Source of the DNA: Fistulifera solaris
Lineage: Eukaryota
Direction: 5' to 3'
Length of the DNA stretch: 64,000 nucleotides
NCBI GenBank assembly: GCA_030295235.1
Contig: AP026148.1
Coordinates: 620,001 to 684,000 of the forward strand
Each line of letters opens with the position of its first letter. Within the stretch, counting starts at the first letter, position 1. The notes below the pieces were generated by a model, which saw nothing but the letters and a program-made list of their open reading frames with translations, did no database searches and was not told the DNA's origin. The position numbers were made by a program, and so were the translations under genes. Positions 50,297 through 62,289 of this stretch are shown piece after piece.

Positions 50297-51191
50297 GGTT
50301 CGTTAGTCAGTAGTAGAAAATAAAAGAAAGAAAAGACCAAAGTTGAAGAAATGGAATGAATCAGAATTGATTTTGTGGTAACGAGATGATCTGGCAACGA
50401 AAAACGAGTACTGTTTGGTTTGGACGTTCGACGAGCTTCTTCGAACTTGTTCGTACTATAGTGGTTCGTGTACCTGTACAACGAAATCGAGCATTCGAGA
50501 AGCGGTGAAACGGCGGAGATGTCGAGGATACGTCATTGAAAAGAAAGGGACGTCATCGTCCCAATTTCTCCGTACAAAGTAACTAGGCAATAGACTTAAT
50601 ACTCCGTACATCATTAGCTCATGGCGTCCTGAGCCACTGGTCCAAGCTTTTTCAATCTGCAACGCACTGTTACCTGGTACCTGTTAGCCACATTCTCAAC
50701 TCATCGGTTGATCTGTTTCATAAGTTCGTCAAAATCAAGTCGTTGACACTAGGAGTATACCCGTAAAGTGTAAGATAGCTTTTGACGCGACTCGAATGGA
50801 GTCACGAGAGATTGCGCCTTTTGTGTAAGATCATTCATAATTCCATTTGTATAAGCTGCATTGCCCATCCGTATGCTTTAACTAGAAGTTCGCTGTATCA
50901 AAGTGCAGTTTCTTCTTCATTTCAAAGCTAGATTTCTAGCTTTTAGAGGTCCAACTTCTCGATGGAAAATTCACTATAGGCCCAAAGTGTTGTCTGTTAT
51001 TTGTCACGACTGGATTTCAGTCCTGAAGGACGATTTGTGACGTCATTTACCGTTGTCCTGCCGTCAAACAAGAAAAATCACGTACTTCTATTTTTTTTTT
51101 TTGTTTTTTTTTTGTTCAAGAAAATGATTGTGCTATTGCTTGAATAAAGAACTGCTGGAACGAGAAACCGAAAGAGAAATACACAATCAGA

Positions 51192-52222
51192 ATGGCGCAC
51201 AATATACGATCGACGACACGACACTTTACTTCCATTAGCTTTTCGGGTGCCGGATTTTTAGCGTGTTATCATTTAGGTGTCGCGGAATGTTTGTTGCGGC
51301 ACAATGTGCTGAGCACAAAATTAATAGTCACGGGTGTCAGCGGGGGCGCCTTGGTCGCTTCTGCGTTGCTTGCGGGAGTGACACCGACCGATGGTATGTT
51401 GGCGGCTTTGGCGATTAGTGAAAAGACACGGCAACATCGGTTCGATGCCTTGCAGCCTGGGTTTTCGTTAGTCGATGAAATGTATCAACATTTTCAACAA
51501 CTTGTTCGGGATGCCGTGAAAAATGAGGAACATTTTTGCAACAGGTCAATGGCACATTGCGCATCGGATTGACCGATCGGCGCGTGTTTCCTCCTATTGG
51601 AGAGAATCCACATGCGTATATCGTAGTGGACACGTATCGCAGTGTCGAAGATGTTCTCGCGGCGGCCTTGTTGTCATCCTACATTCCAGGTGTCACGGGT
51701 CCGTTGGGTGGGATTTGGGATACGCGACATTCGGTCCTGCCCTGGGCCTCCCGACAAGTCCATGCCATGATGGCGGAGGGGTGTGTCAAACACGGTGTTA
51801 CGGGGCAACCGATCGTGCCACATCATGATGTAACGAGTCGGGAAATATGTTGGGACGGTGGTTTGGTCAATGCTTTTCCTATTATCGATCAACAAACACT
51901 CATGGTGGCTCCGGTGGCGGTGGATTTTCCGTATCATCCGCACACCATCAATCCCGCCATGAGACAGAGTAGTGCCGAGCGTGTCTTGCGTCTCAATCAA
52001 TGGGTCTCATTTCACTTGACGCGAGAGAATGCTATACGGCTTCGTCAAATTGTCGTGAGCAGTGATGCGGATGTATTACAAGCACGATTTGCGGAAGGCT
52101 ACGATGATGCGCAGCATTATTTGGAACGTAACAATCTCATTTCCGTGCATCGAATCGTAACAACATCGACAATAAGCAATGATGCCACTATGGAGACAGG
52201 CAAAGGCATTGGATTGAGCTGA
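51192..52222 (+). CDS. Patatin-like phospholipase/TAG lipase (PNPLA type; frameshift ~51535)
   Basis: SFSGAGFLACYHLGV, GVSGGA (GxSxG), SSYIPG, WDGG. Confidence 0.88.
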
Positions 52223-52343
52223 CACATGGACTGATCGGGCTCTCTGTCTCTTATTCGAACTTTTGATAGATCTTGTTAATTATGTATTTTACTTACGTTT
52301 GCTAAAACAAGTGCGTCATTTACTTTTCCCCAAGGATCCGGCA

Positions 52344-53538
52344 TCATTTATGTTTGCTGGCGTGTTCCGATCCCCTCTGATCTTGATTCTTCAAATACCG
52401 CTGCATGGTCTCACCCGAAACAGTCGACGCCAGCTCCTTGTGTACTGCAGAGAGCGCAAGATTCTTCCGTGCAATGTACTCTTGCATGGCCTGCTTGTAC
52501 CGATGTTTGTCGGCTTGAGCCATCTCTTCGTACTTGTAAAGGGCCTCTGGATCAATTTGATTCCATTTCTTCGCAATCGCCCTGGCCATGTCCTCAAATT
52601 TGATCCCATGTCGTTTCTTCTTGATGCGTGTACCTTGAGGCTTTTTTTCCGTTCCCAGTTTCTACGCGAATCATATTTTCTCTCTCTGCTTTAAAGAAAT
52701 AATTGTACGCGGACAATGGCCTCTTTGGCTTGTCGCCAACCACCGCACGTGATGCCTGTGACTCGGCCTCCTCATGGTTCTCCGGCGCAACTTTTGGAAC
52801 AGTATCGGCTGCTAACGTAGCCTTGTCTTTTCTGATTTTTCCTTGCACATCGTCTCTCAGAGGCGATGCACGGACCGAATGCAATTCTGGAACATGCAGC
52901 CGGGCAGTTTGGAGATTTTGTTGTTGCTGAAGCATTGCCAAATTGACCACTTGCATAGGAATATCGTAGGGACGCATGAATGTCGGCCGAGTCGCAAATG
53001 TAGGAGATACCACAATGTATTGTGGCTGCATATGCTGCAGCATCCTTTCTTCGTAAGTAGCAGGATAGTGATGCATAGGTTGCGCGGGGAACATTTGAGG
53101 GAATCCAGATAGAACAGGACGGCGAAGAGACGATTCTTGAGGTGTTAATTTCACATCGACACTCCTCGTCATAGCAGCATCATCTTGCTGGTCGCTTTTC
53201 TTTCTAGGCAGTTGTTGAGAGACGGGCAAAGACTCTTCTGGCTTGGCACTGGAGGGGACGTAAACGTAGGACGGAAGCGGAACATTTGGGTTTGACTGTC
53301 CTGTCGACGTACCAACATAAAGCACTCGACGACGTTTCTCGTCACTTTGTGAATGCGACGAGACTTGCGTGTCAGTCTTTGGTGATATAGCATTGGCCCC
53401 GGTAGTCGCGGTGTTGCTAGTTTTAAATGTCTTTTGAACATTCTGTAGGAGCGATGAGAAACTCTGCAAAACGACGACGATGAACTCTGACAAACTTTCT
53501 TTTAGGTTTCCAAAGTCCATGTTTTGGAAAAATGGCAC
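52344..53538 (-). CDS. HMG-box protein (frameshift ~52640)
   Basis: KPKRPLSAYNYFFKAERE ... KKHGIKFEDMARAIAKKWNQID...YEEMAQADKHRY. Confidence 0.85.
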
Positions 53539-54297
53539 GAGTAATAGCGAGGATAAAATAAAGCGCCGGATATTAACCGCCCCTCCTTCATTTCTATCAT
53601 TGCCACAACCAACAACTCCGTATAAGTAAATCGTTCCTCAACATGCTTAAGATGACAGCCGGGCTTATGAACTTCATTCAGGTAGAAAAACACTCTTTTG
53701 TTTCGTGAATGATAGTAGTTATAGGAAGCTTGTGGCTCGTTTAATCCATTTCGGAAGTTATGCTCGTTAGGGAATGATCGGATTATTTGTTAGGAAAAAA
53801 GTAAAATGCGCGTGGAATTAATGACGGAATGAAGCCAGTCACGAACTGAGAAATTTAGCTCTGCAACCGGTGTTTGAGTGTGAGGACACACAACTGTTTT
53901 CCCGTCATTCGAGTCGCGGTCTCTCGGAGGCAAGATTAGTTAGTACCTACGCGCTTTCTCCTAGAACTCCGAGCCATAGTATCCAAGCTGTTGATCTGAC
54001 AGGCGTTCTTTTCATCTAAGTATCCGTATTTTCATATTTTGGGCGATACTTTCTGTGTCAGTGCAAGAGGTATGCCGATTTGGACATAGACGTCATTTTG
54101 ATTTTTCGCGATTTGAGTGGGTGAAATAATCAAGTTAGCGCAGCTCATCATGCATTAAGAGCAGCGTATCCTGTGCAAAGAAAGCCATTAAAAGCAATGT
54201 TCCGAAGGCACGAAAAGCCAACAATTCCGCCGTCAATAATCTATGCATTAGATACTTGCCCTCTTGATCGTAAAACACGAAACGGATTTAGTTCATA

Positions 54298-56566
54298 ATG
54301 GGTGTAGGGTTCCGTCGATTCTTGAAGAGGAAATCAGATGCTTCCCCTGCTCGGAAATATCCGACTGGATCTCAACACGATAGCTCAGCTTCTCAAGACT
54401 CCTTCAGCTCGTTTTCTGCACCGTTGCATGCTCCAGAGAACAGCATGAGTCGGACGGAAGTCACCAATACTGTTCGATCGTGTATTCAACAATTAAAGTC
54501 GCAACACGAAGAACAAGCCCTCGATGCTCTGAAAAGATTATTCGCGCTCTCTTCTCCAGAGGACCCCAACGCATCGTTTCGACAGCGTAATATGATATGC
54601 GTCGTTGGGGATGCGTTGCTACCTGTGCTCTTTTCCTACATTGACTCGGCCGATGGGGTGTACATTCAGACTGCGTTGTTGGTGATCAACAATCTTAGCA
54701 CTGTTGCAGAAAATAAACAACCATTGGCTATGCAGGGAGCTGCTATTTTAGCGAGAGTCTTGGCTCGCGATCCATCTTGCCATCTGGCGGCTATCATTTT
54801 GGTGAATTTGACATTTTGTGATGCTGAGTTGCGGCGCGATTTAGTGCTGAAGAAAGACTTTTTGCTGGTGGAGACACTAGCCCTTACACTGCTCACTTGC
54901 AGTATGGACGAACTGGAGTTTTGTTCCAAGGGCGAGCCAGCATTGTCTCTACCAGCGGATGCAGCCCTCAAAGAGCTGATCCATGAGAACGACTTGGTGT
55001 TCGGAATTTGCGATACTTCACCCTCGAAAGCATGCTACCCCAACACGCTAAAATGGGCCATATCAGCTTTGAAAAATTTGACAAGACCTTCCAAGTATGA
55101 CGTTGTGGCCCACGCTGTTTTGGATTCAGGCATTGTACCTCATATACTCCGCTTGGCGACTCTAAAGGAAAACGACAGTGAAGAATGGAAGCTGATACAA
55201 GATGCAGCTTTGTATATCATTGTGCATCTGACAGCGATTCCTTCTGCGCGTCCGCAATTGCGAGAGGTAGTTCCCTCGGCACTTTCTGTTCTGACTCTTC
55301 ACCAATCTACTAGTGAAGTTCCACACAAAGCACTTTTTCAGAAAGTGAAGGCACGCATTGCGATAGCATTTCTTTGTGGATCGGAAGGACACTACGGACA
55401 ACCAGTGTGTCCTCGAAGTATGAGGGAAAATAACGAAAATTCGGTTTCTTTGGGTCGCGATGTTGGCAGCTGTACTCACTTATTTATGAGTGATGCGGAA
55501 GCTGCACAACTTGTTGAGCTGTTGGCAAACATGCTACACCAAAGGAGCAAAGACGGACCGGCGGGATATTCGTCTTCTACGTTTAGCGTGAAGTACATCT
55601 TGTTTGCGATTCGATGCTTGCTCACCCAAACGCACAATCAGACCTGCATAGCAAAGACATTAGCTCTCCCATGCAATGCACTTTTAACAAAAGCTCTCGC
55701 CATGCATCTGTGGCAACCAGAAATCATCCATTTGGACCCCGAAGCCGCCGAACACGCTATTTTTTGTCTCTATTTAATGTCGAATCACGGCTTCCGAGTA
55801 AGTACACTCACTCACTAGAAGCAATTTTGCGCGTGGCATAATCCCACTCACAACACACATTAGACTCCCTTTTTACCAAAAGAGTATGGAAATGATTTAG
55901 ATTTGAAAAAGTCTCTTGCAGCCAAGGTATTCCATTCTTACCGAAAGAGAGCTGACATTACGCTGGCTGGAAAACACGCGGCGGAACAACTATTGCTTCG
56001 ACTGCGTTACATGACCTTCCAAGGATCTGTCAGCGATTTGAATATGACCATCTGCCCGTCAACACAGGCCTCTGATTATGCATTTGATCCGCAACTCCTA
56101 AACGCATCCCAATCAGTCATTGTGACCAAACTGACTTTTGGCGCGTGCCCTCGCAAGGACATTTTTGATCGACCCATACTCCGTCGTCGCGCTCATCATG
56201 AGAACAAAGTCATGCCAGTCTTTGGACGTGACGCCGACTACTTCCCGAGTGCATTGCAGGCAGCTCAAGAGTTTTCATTCGGCAGCACGAAAGTTCGTCA
56301 CGTGGGTCAGATTGATGTCGTCCTTATCGCCAACAACATTGCCAATAGCGCCAATGGTCAAAAAAACCCAATCGTACAGCTTTGTGTGGAACTGGCAAGA
56401 AGAGATCGTCCATAACCCCAACAAACTTAAGAAAAAGCACCGCTCCCGGCGACTTTCCAGTCATTCCTTTATGAACTGCAGTTCTCACAAGTCCCGATCC
56501 GGTATCGCCAAGACGGTTTTAAGTCAACTGAATTTGGATCGTTTGTGTTTTTCCGAAACAGCCTGA
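54298..56566 (+). CDS. Armadillo-repeat-like protein; intron ~55798-55863, frameshift ~56365
   Basis: Helical repeats with NNLS..ENK, ILVNLTF, ALKNLTRP. Confidence 0.65.
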
Positions 56567-56772
56567 GGATGAAAATTAGACAGCAAATCGTCTCGCATAT
56601 CCAACCTCTACTCTATTTAATTTTTGTGCGACGTCTATATAGTCCCCACCCGTTAAAATTGTGTTTTTGAATAATTAATTAAATTAATTAATACGTAGTA
56701 AAAGAAAAGCAAATCAAAATAGAATTAACCGATTCCGTTTTTAAAAAACAAAAGTACAGCAAACAATTCGCT

Positions 56773-57357
56773 TCATCGACGTCCACGCTTTTGCTCATAG
56801 CACCCATTCGGTGTACCACATACTCCATCAAATGTGACACAAATTTTACTAGAGAACGGACGACAAGATATGTCAAACCGGAATGATCGAGCGAGCCAGA
56901 GAGAGAGAGGGAGGGACAGAGAGGTAAAGAGAAAGCTGAGTATTACTGGTACTTTCCGTGACAAAAAAAGACACATCCTTATCGAAAGATAAAATCATCG
57001 AGGAAATAGCTCAGCGTACACTTACCCAAGTCCGCAATCTCTCGATGAAGTGCACCCCAATTGGGCACCACCCGCTGCTACAGCGGCGCACAGTGTGGTA
57101 CCTTCCGTCGTTTCGACACAAACGGCGTCCCCACCACCACAGAGATCACCATCCACATCACACGTCAAGACATTACTATCGTCATTGCAGCCATCGCGGA
57201 GCGGAAAACACAAGAACCCTTCACCTTTGAACAAGAAGGAGGAGCGCTCGTGTTCGATTTCGGTCTCGCCACTCACTTTCATGCCAGTTGTCATGAGAAG
57301 AAGAATAGTGACAGAATAGACCGCTGCGTTTGCTAAGTTAAAAATCATGCTGCTCAT
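56773..57357 (-). CDS. Small secreted cysteine-rich protein, 3 exons (introns 56978-57025 and 56849-56952)
   Basis: Signal-like N-terminus, many Cys; the ORF ends exactly at a GTAAGT donor; downstream exons continue ...KICVTFDGVCGTPNGCYEQKRGRR*. Confidence 0.55.
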
Positions 57358-57821
57358 TAAAGGAAGTTGTAAAGGAAGGGAAAAGAGTTGGAGAAGTAAG
57401 TCCGTCTGTATTCTGTTGTTAGGCTTCTTGTGTTTGTTGGCTGGGGCCTACACTTTGTAGCGTTTTCAAAAGATCTTTCTGCGCTATATGCGGCATGCGG
57501 CTACATGCTCCACGGCGCTATGAAAGAGGTATATAGTACATTTTGGACATAGAGTCAGTGGGCAGTATCAAATGAAAAAATAATGAAGCACGCTTGCGCG
57601 AATGCGTGCACTTAACTGTGAGAAACTCGCTACGACATAGTATGACGTACGAAACCTCCCTCGCATTTGTTTTGCTTTGACGACTTGACGGCGATCGGAT
57701 CTATCGTCGCCTTGCTGATATCAATACTGACTAAATTTCTCATTTATTTATCAACCTTACTGACGGCTGATTATCGCTCGCTTTTCTATCCTTGCTGTAA
57801 CTCCTAGAGACAAGAAAAGCC

Positions 57822-58352
57822 ATGAGACTCTCATTCGCTGCAACGCTATATACTCTATTTCCAGCAGTGTGTCACGGCTTTGGCACGTCCTCCTCGCGTC
57901 GTACCTTTTTGTCACAATCATCTGCGGCTCTCATTGTCGCAACCACATGCCAACAACCCGCTCATGCCATTCCCATGGTCACAATCAACGAATTCCGCAC
58001 CATTCTACGAGACAGTGCCCGCAGTATTGCCCGCGTCGAATTTTCCGGTCCCCGACAAGAAACGGTGACGGTCGTCTTACAAGACGGGACGACCTTTGGT
58101 ATTTCCGACGTTATTGACAGTTCCGTCGATCCCCGCAGTCCCCTCCAAGTTCAAGCGATGTGTCGTGAAAATGATGTGCCGGTCAAATTCACCGAACTCG
58201 AAGCCTTATTGCAAGGCAAAGGACGGGGCAAATTGTACACCAATGAACGAGTGCAACAGGCTAATTTGAAAGAGCAAGAGCGATTAGCGCGCATGGCGCA
58301 AGATGAAGTGGAACGACAAGATGCTTTGAAGCGTATGGAAGGGCAATTGTAA
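57822..58352 (+). CDS. Probable plastid/thylakoid-lumen protein, FtsH lumenal-domain-like
   Basis: Signal peptide ending CHG|F, twin-arginine SRRTFL, hydrophobic stretch, AHA cleavage site; mature MVTINEFRTIL...IARVEF. Confidence 0.65.
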   Translation: MRLSFAATLYTLFPAVCHGFGTSSSRRTFLSQSSAALIVATTCQQPAHAIPMVTINEFRTILRDSARSIARVEFSGPRQETVTVVLQDGTTFGISDVIDSSVDPRSPLQVQAMCRENDVPVKFTELEALLQGKGRGKLYTNERVQQANLKEQERLARMAQDEVERQDALKRMEGQL

Positions 58353-58453
58353 TTTGAAGAACGTGGATGAATTAGGAGGAACGAAATAGTTTTACTCCGT
58401 ATTCATTCTTCGTTGGAACCATCTATATTACTTAGAATCATTTTCATACTTGT

Positions 58454-59167
58454 TTATAAAGTTTGAGCTAAAGCACGCGACTTGACGATGATCAAACGCG
58501 GTTGATAGCGTTCCAATACCACTTGAATACACTGTTGTACGGCTGGTAATTCTCGATTGCCATTGATATCAATAGCGACTACTTCGGGTTGGATTTCTGC
58601 CGGCCAATCTTCGGTCGGCGCTAACACATCGAAACAATAAAACGGCAAATTAGGATAATTCTGACGTGCAATAGCGATGGATTCAATGGATTTGTCCATA
58701 CCCCAGACGTGAGGAATTAGTCCTTGCGTGTGCACCCGATGCACGGTGACTCCATAATCACAACCAATTTCCAGGAAGGATTGTAACGTATGTACGACAC
58801 ACAATCGTCGGTATTCACTGGTTTCGGGGGATACGATGATAGTGGTATGAGGGGCTGGTGAAGAAGAAGTATAAACCGGTATTAATCGATGCGGATGACA
58901 GGCATAAGTACTTCCTTTCGGGTAACGGACTCGCACACGACAGAGATGATTGCTGGGCGAGGATTCTGGTTTGTCGCATGGCTCGTATTCGACAACTTGT
59001 GCCCGTAAAAACAACTCCATTCGCTGTTCGCAGGATTCATTCTCGAGATCCCTTCTCTTGGTGTGATTCTTCTTTAAACCTTTGCTTTTGCAGACCCAGA
59101 CATGTTGATCACGGTAAAATGTTTTGTTTTGGGGGAGATTTTCCGCGAGAATATAAGAAGGAGACAT
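58454..59167 (-). CDS. Class I SAM-dependent methyltransferase-like protein
   Basis: FLEIGCDYG, VWGMDKS..SIAIAR.NYP, FDV, VVAIDINGNR. Confidence 0.7.
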   Translation of the reverse strand: MSPSYILAENLPQNKTFYRDQHVWVCKSKGLKKNHTKRRDLENESCEQRMELFLRAQVVEYEPCDKPESSPSNHLCRVRVRYPKGSTYACHPHRLIPVYTSSSPAPHTTIIVSPETSEYRRLCVVHTLQSFLEIGCDYGVTVHRVHTQGLIPHVWGMDKSIESIAIARQNYPNLPFYCFDVLAPTEDWPAEIQPEVVAIDINGNRELPAVQQCIQVVLERYQPRLIIVKSRALAQTL

Positions 59168-59627
59168 GCGTCGTACTTTGGTTACGGTGTGAAACAATGG
59201 GAGGGCCACAATAAAAAAAGCTAATAATACTCCGGAGTACTGGTACTTGGCTTTAATCGTCGCGTCTATCAGAACACGCCCTTCGTTCGTGACTGAAATG
59301 CAGTCGTGTCGAAGTTGATCCTACTTCAAAGTCAATAGTGCGTAGGCTACGACGAGTCGCACAGCGACCAGCGAAATTAGAAGCCGCCGGAACACACACG
59401 CGATTTGCACGTCTGCTTGGTACATTTCTCTACGGGGGACGGAGGCCTACATGAAATTACACAATTTCCCCCACCTTCCTGCGCAGCGAATAAAATAATG
59501 TATCACTTGTTACGTTCAAAGTTTGAGGATTCGTTATATCGCGTATCCTTGCATGAAGTTCACAAGCCTACTTTCCTCCTATTTAATCCTTTTCTGGAAT
59601 CAAACTGAAGTGACAGCACTCATATCC

Positions 59628-60417
59628 ATGTCGAGTAACAGCAACAATCAACAATGCGAGTCGGATCGCTTGCAGCTCTGGCAAGGAAAGGTGTGTGTGG
59701 GTGTATCAGTGTCGCTTTCTTGTTTTCGGATCCCCATATTTCTCTCTCACTTTCTTGATACAGTGGACGAATCAACAAATCGGATGGCACGAAAGTGACG
59801 TTCACGAAGCCATTCGTCAATACGAAGAGACCTTGTTGTTTCCCGATACAACCACGACGAAGCGTATTTTGTTTCCCTTGTGCGGCAAAACGGTCGATAT
59901 GGCGTATTTGGCGACGAAATACTCCGATCAGTTGCAAATTGTGGGAGTGGATGGAGTAGCTCAGGCTTTGAAAACCTTTGTAAAGGAACAAGAACATTTA
60001 AAGTTGGAGAAACAAGTCGACAACAATCGATGGATGAATTCGAATTTGGAGTTGTTGCAGAGTGACTTCTTTCAAATGACTGAGGAACAGTATGCGCCTT
60101 ATCATCATTCATTCGATGTTATTTTCGATCGAGCTTCGCTGGTGGCGATTTCACCCTCCTTGCGCGAAGATTATGTCCAAGTATGTCGTACCTTGTTGAA
60201 GCCCAATGGCAAGATCATGTTGATTGTCATTGAACACATCGCGGGTGATATTATGGCGGGGCCTCCGTTCTCTGTGACACACGAGGATGTGATGCGTTTG
60301 TACAGCCATCAAGATTGGGTGGAATCGGTGCAATTACTCGAAGATCAAGGAGAAGCGAAACGAAACCAAGTTTCTACGGATATGGTTTCTCGCTATTACT
60401 GGATTCAATGCAAATAA
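59628..60417 (+). CDS. TPMT: Thiopurine S-methyltransferase family protein; intron 59691-59763
   Basis: WQGK|WTNQQIGWH, ILFPLCGKTVDM, VGVD, SDFF, FDVIFDRASLVAI, GPPFSV. Confidence 0.9.
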
Positions 60418-60516
60418 TAAACAATGTACGTCAACCAAAGGATTCTCATGTATTACATGTATTGTTACTAAAAGACTGCTACTTTGTCATCGAATGCCTG
60501 CTGCTTGCTCTCACTT

Positions 60517-61875
60517 TTAGAAACGCCAGCCAACTTTGGATACTAGCGTGTGACTGGAGATGAAGCGGTTGTTCTTCTCGCGCAATGTGGTGTGTTCGTC
60601 GTACATGGGACTAGGGTTGCGAAGGATATCGTGCATGAATGGCCACGACTTGAGGCCAGCATAAAACATGAAATCATTCCACCGATTCACATCATCGTCT
60701 TCGGTGGTGAAATGGAAAGTGGATCCGACACCACCCTTGGCAACCCAGCGAGAAGCGATGGCGGTAGTCTTGGCGGCAGTGTTGCGAACCGCGTGCCACC
60801 ACCATGGGGGAACGAATAGGAGATCGCCGGCTTGCATCTCCATTTTGTAGTACGGGAGCCATTTCATCAAAGGAAATTTCTTTTCGTCGTATTCGTCGGG
60901 GAAAGGAGGAAAGCAGAAATTGGCCGCGCGGCCAGTCACGGAAAGAGGGTAGAGAAACCAGCTGTGCTCCGGGTCGATCATGTACCACGTCTTGGTTCCT
61001 TCATATAAGGCAAACAAGTTCCAGTTCGACGCGCAATGGAGCGGTGTCTTGGTTCCATGTTTGCCAGCGAACAGTTGGCAATACCCAAGATCTTTGTTCA
61101 AGTAGGGTGCGAATCGTTCCAAGTTGGCGGCTTTTTCGATTTCCGGATGTTTTTTGTACACAGTCTCGCAGTTGACCAAGTAAACACGGGGATCTTCAAC
61201 CTCCTTAAGCTTGCCGGCATAATCGGCTCCAATGTCGCCTCGGGTCAACATGACTTCTTCCTCTCCGTACTTCTTCACGAGCATATCAAACGACAGCTCC
61301 TTCTTTTCGATTTTGTTAATGCCGCGCAGAAGGCAAGGGCGAGGATTCTTGACAAACTTTTCGTAAAACTCTTCCGGTGAACCGTTCTGCCAATCATACT
61401 CGGGGAACGGCAAGGGCTTCATCATCCCTTCGGGTTGCTCTCTCTGACAAATGTGTAGAATATAAGCGTGGGTGATGTGATAGAGCATGCTCAAGGCAAA
61501 GCGAATACCGGTAATGTATGAAAGCACGACTCCAAAGATATGAAAGTGTCCAGTGATCGTCCCCGTGCAGAACCAGACGAACTTGATTATGATTTTTGGA
61601 AGATAACCAATGTCGACGGCAAGATCTTGATCTTTGTGATAGTGCCCGTTGAGTCGTGAGGAAAAAACCGGTTTGAGACCACACCAGGACACGAACAGAT
61701 ATCGAAGGCGAATCATCATTTGGAGGTAAACGACATGAAGACGGGTGCGATCGCCAGGCGCTGGGTGGTCGGGCCACCAAAAGAGCCACGCCATGAACAT
61801 ACCAACCGTAGAAGCTGCTATTACTTCTTTCTGCTCCAGAAGGAGTGCCCATATCGTACTTGAAAGAACCATCAT
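60517..61875 (-). CDS. JmjC/cupin-8 Fe(II)/2OG-type enzyme, copy 1, N-terminal membrane segments, H-x-A motif
   Basis: KNPRPCLLRG, QLFAGKHGTKTPLHCAS.WNLF, EGTKTW, GDLLFVPPWWWHAVRN. Confidence 0.85.
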   Translation of the reverse strand: MMVLSSTIWALLLEQKEVIAASTVGMFMAWLFWWPDHPAPGDRTRLHVVYLQMMIRLRYLFVSWCGLKPVFSSRLNGHYHKDQDLAVDIGYLPKIIIKFVWFCTGTITGHFHIFGVVLSYITGIRFALSMLYHITHAYILHICQREQPEGMMKPLPFPEYDWQNGSPEEFYEKFVKNPRPCLLRGINKIEKKELSFDMLVKKYGEEEVMLTRGDIGADYAGKLKEVEDPRVYLVNCETVYKKHPEIEKAANLERFAPYLNKDLGYCQLFAGKHGTKTPLHCASNWNLFALYEGTKTWYMIDPEHSWFLYPLSVTGRAANFCFPPFPDEYDEKKFPLMKWLPYYKMEMQAGDLLFVPPWWWHAVRNTAAKTTAIASRWVAKGGVGSTFHFTTEDDDVNRWNDFMFYAGLKSWPFMHDILRNPSPMYDEHTTLREKNNRFISSHTLVSKVGWRF

Positions 61876-62289
61876 GTTCCGTTTTTGTTCGTTATTTGTG
61901 AAGATCTAAAGGAAGGAAGCGATGACAAGCGTCAAGCAATGCAAGGAAAGGATTTTTGAGAGTGACGTGCGATGTGTACGATCCAAAACTAGAATCCAGG
62001 ATCCGGACATCAAAGGTATCTAACTAAAAAATATTATTAACACATTGCAGGCAGCGTCAAGTTCTTTGTTGCGGGGCAATTGTCGCGATGCGATGAGACT
62101 TTGAATCTACCTAGTCTAAATCTTTCGACAACACGTTTCCAGTCGTGTTTATGTTGACACCATTTGCAAACGCTGTATGGCACTACGCACTACTGCTAAG
62201 GCAGCTGCTTTACGTCCAGCTTGGCTCGACTAGGTCTCTCAACTAACACAGCAAACAGCAAAAAGATCTAAAGGATTACCAGGTAGCGT

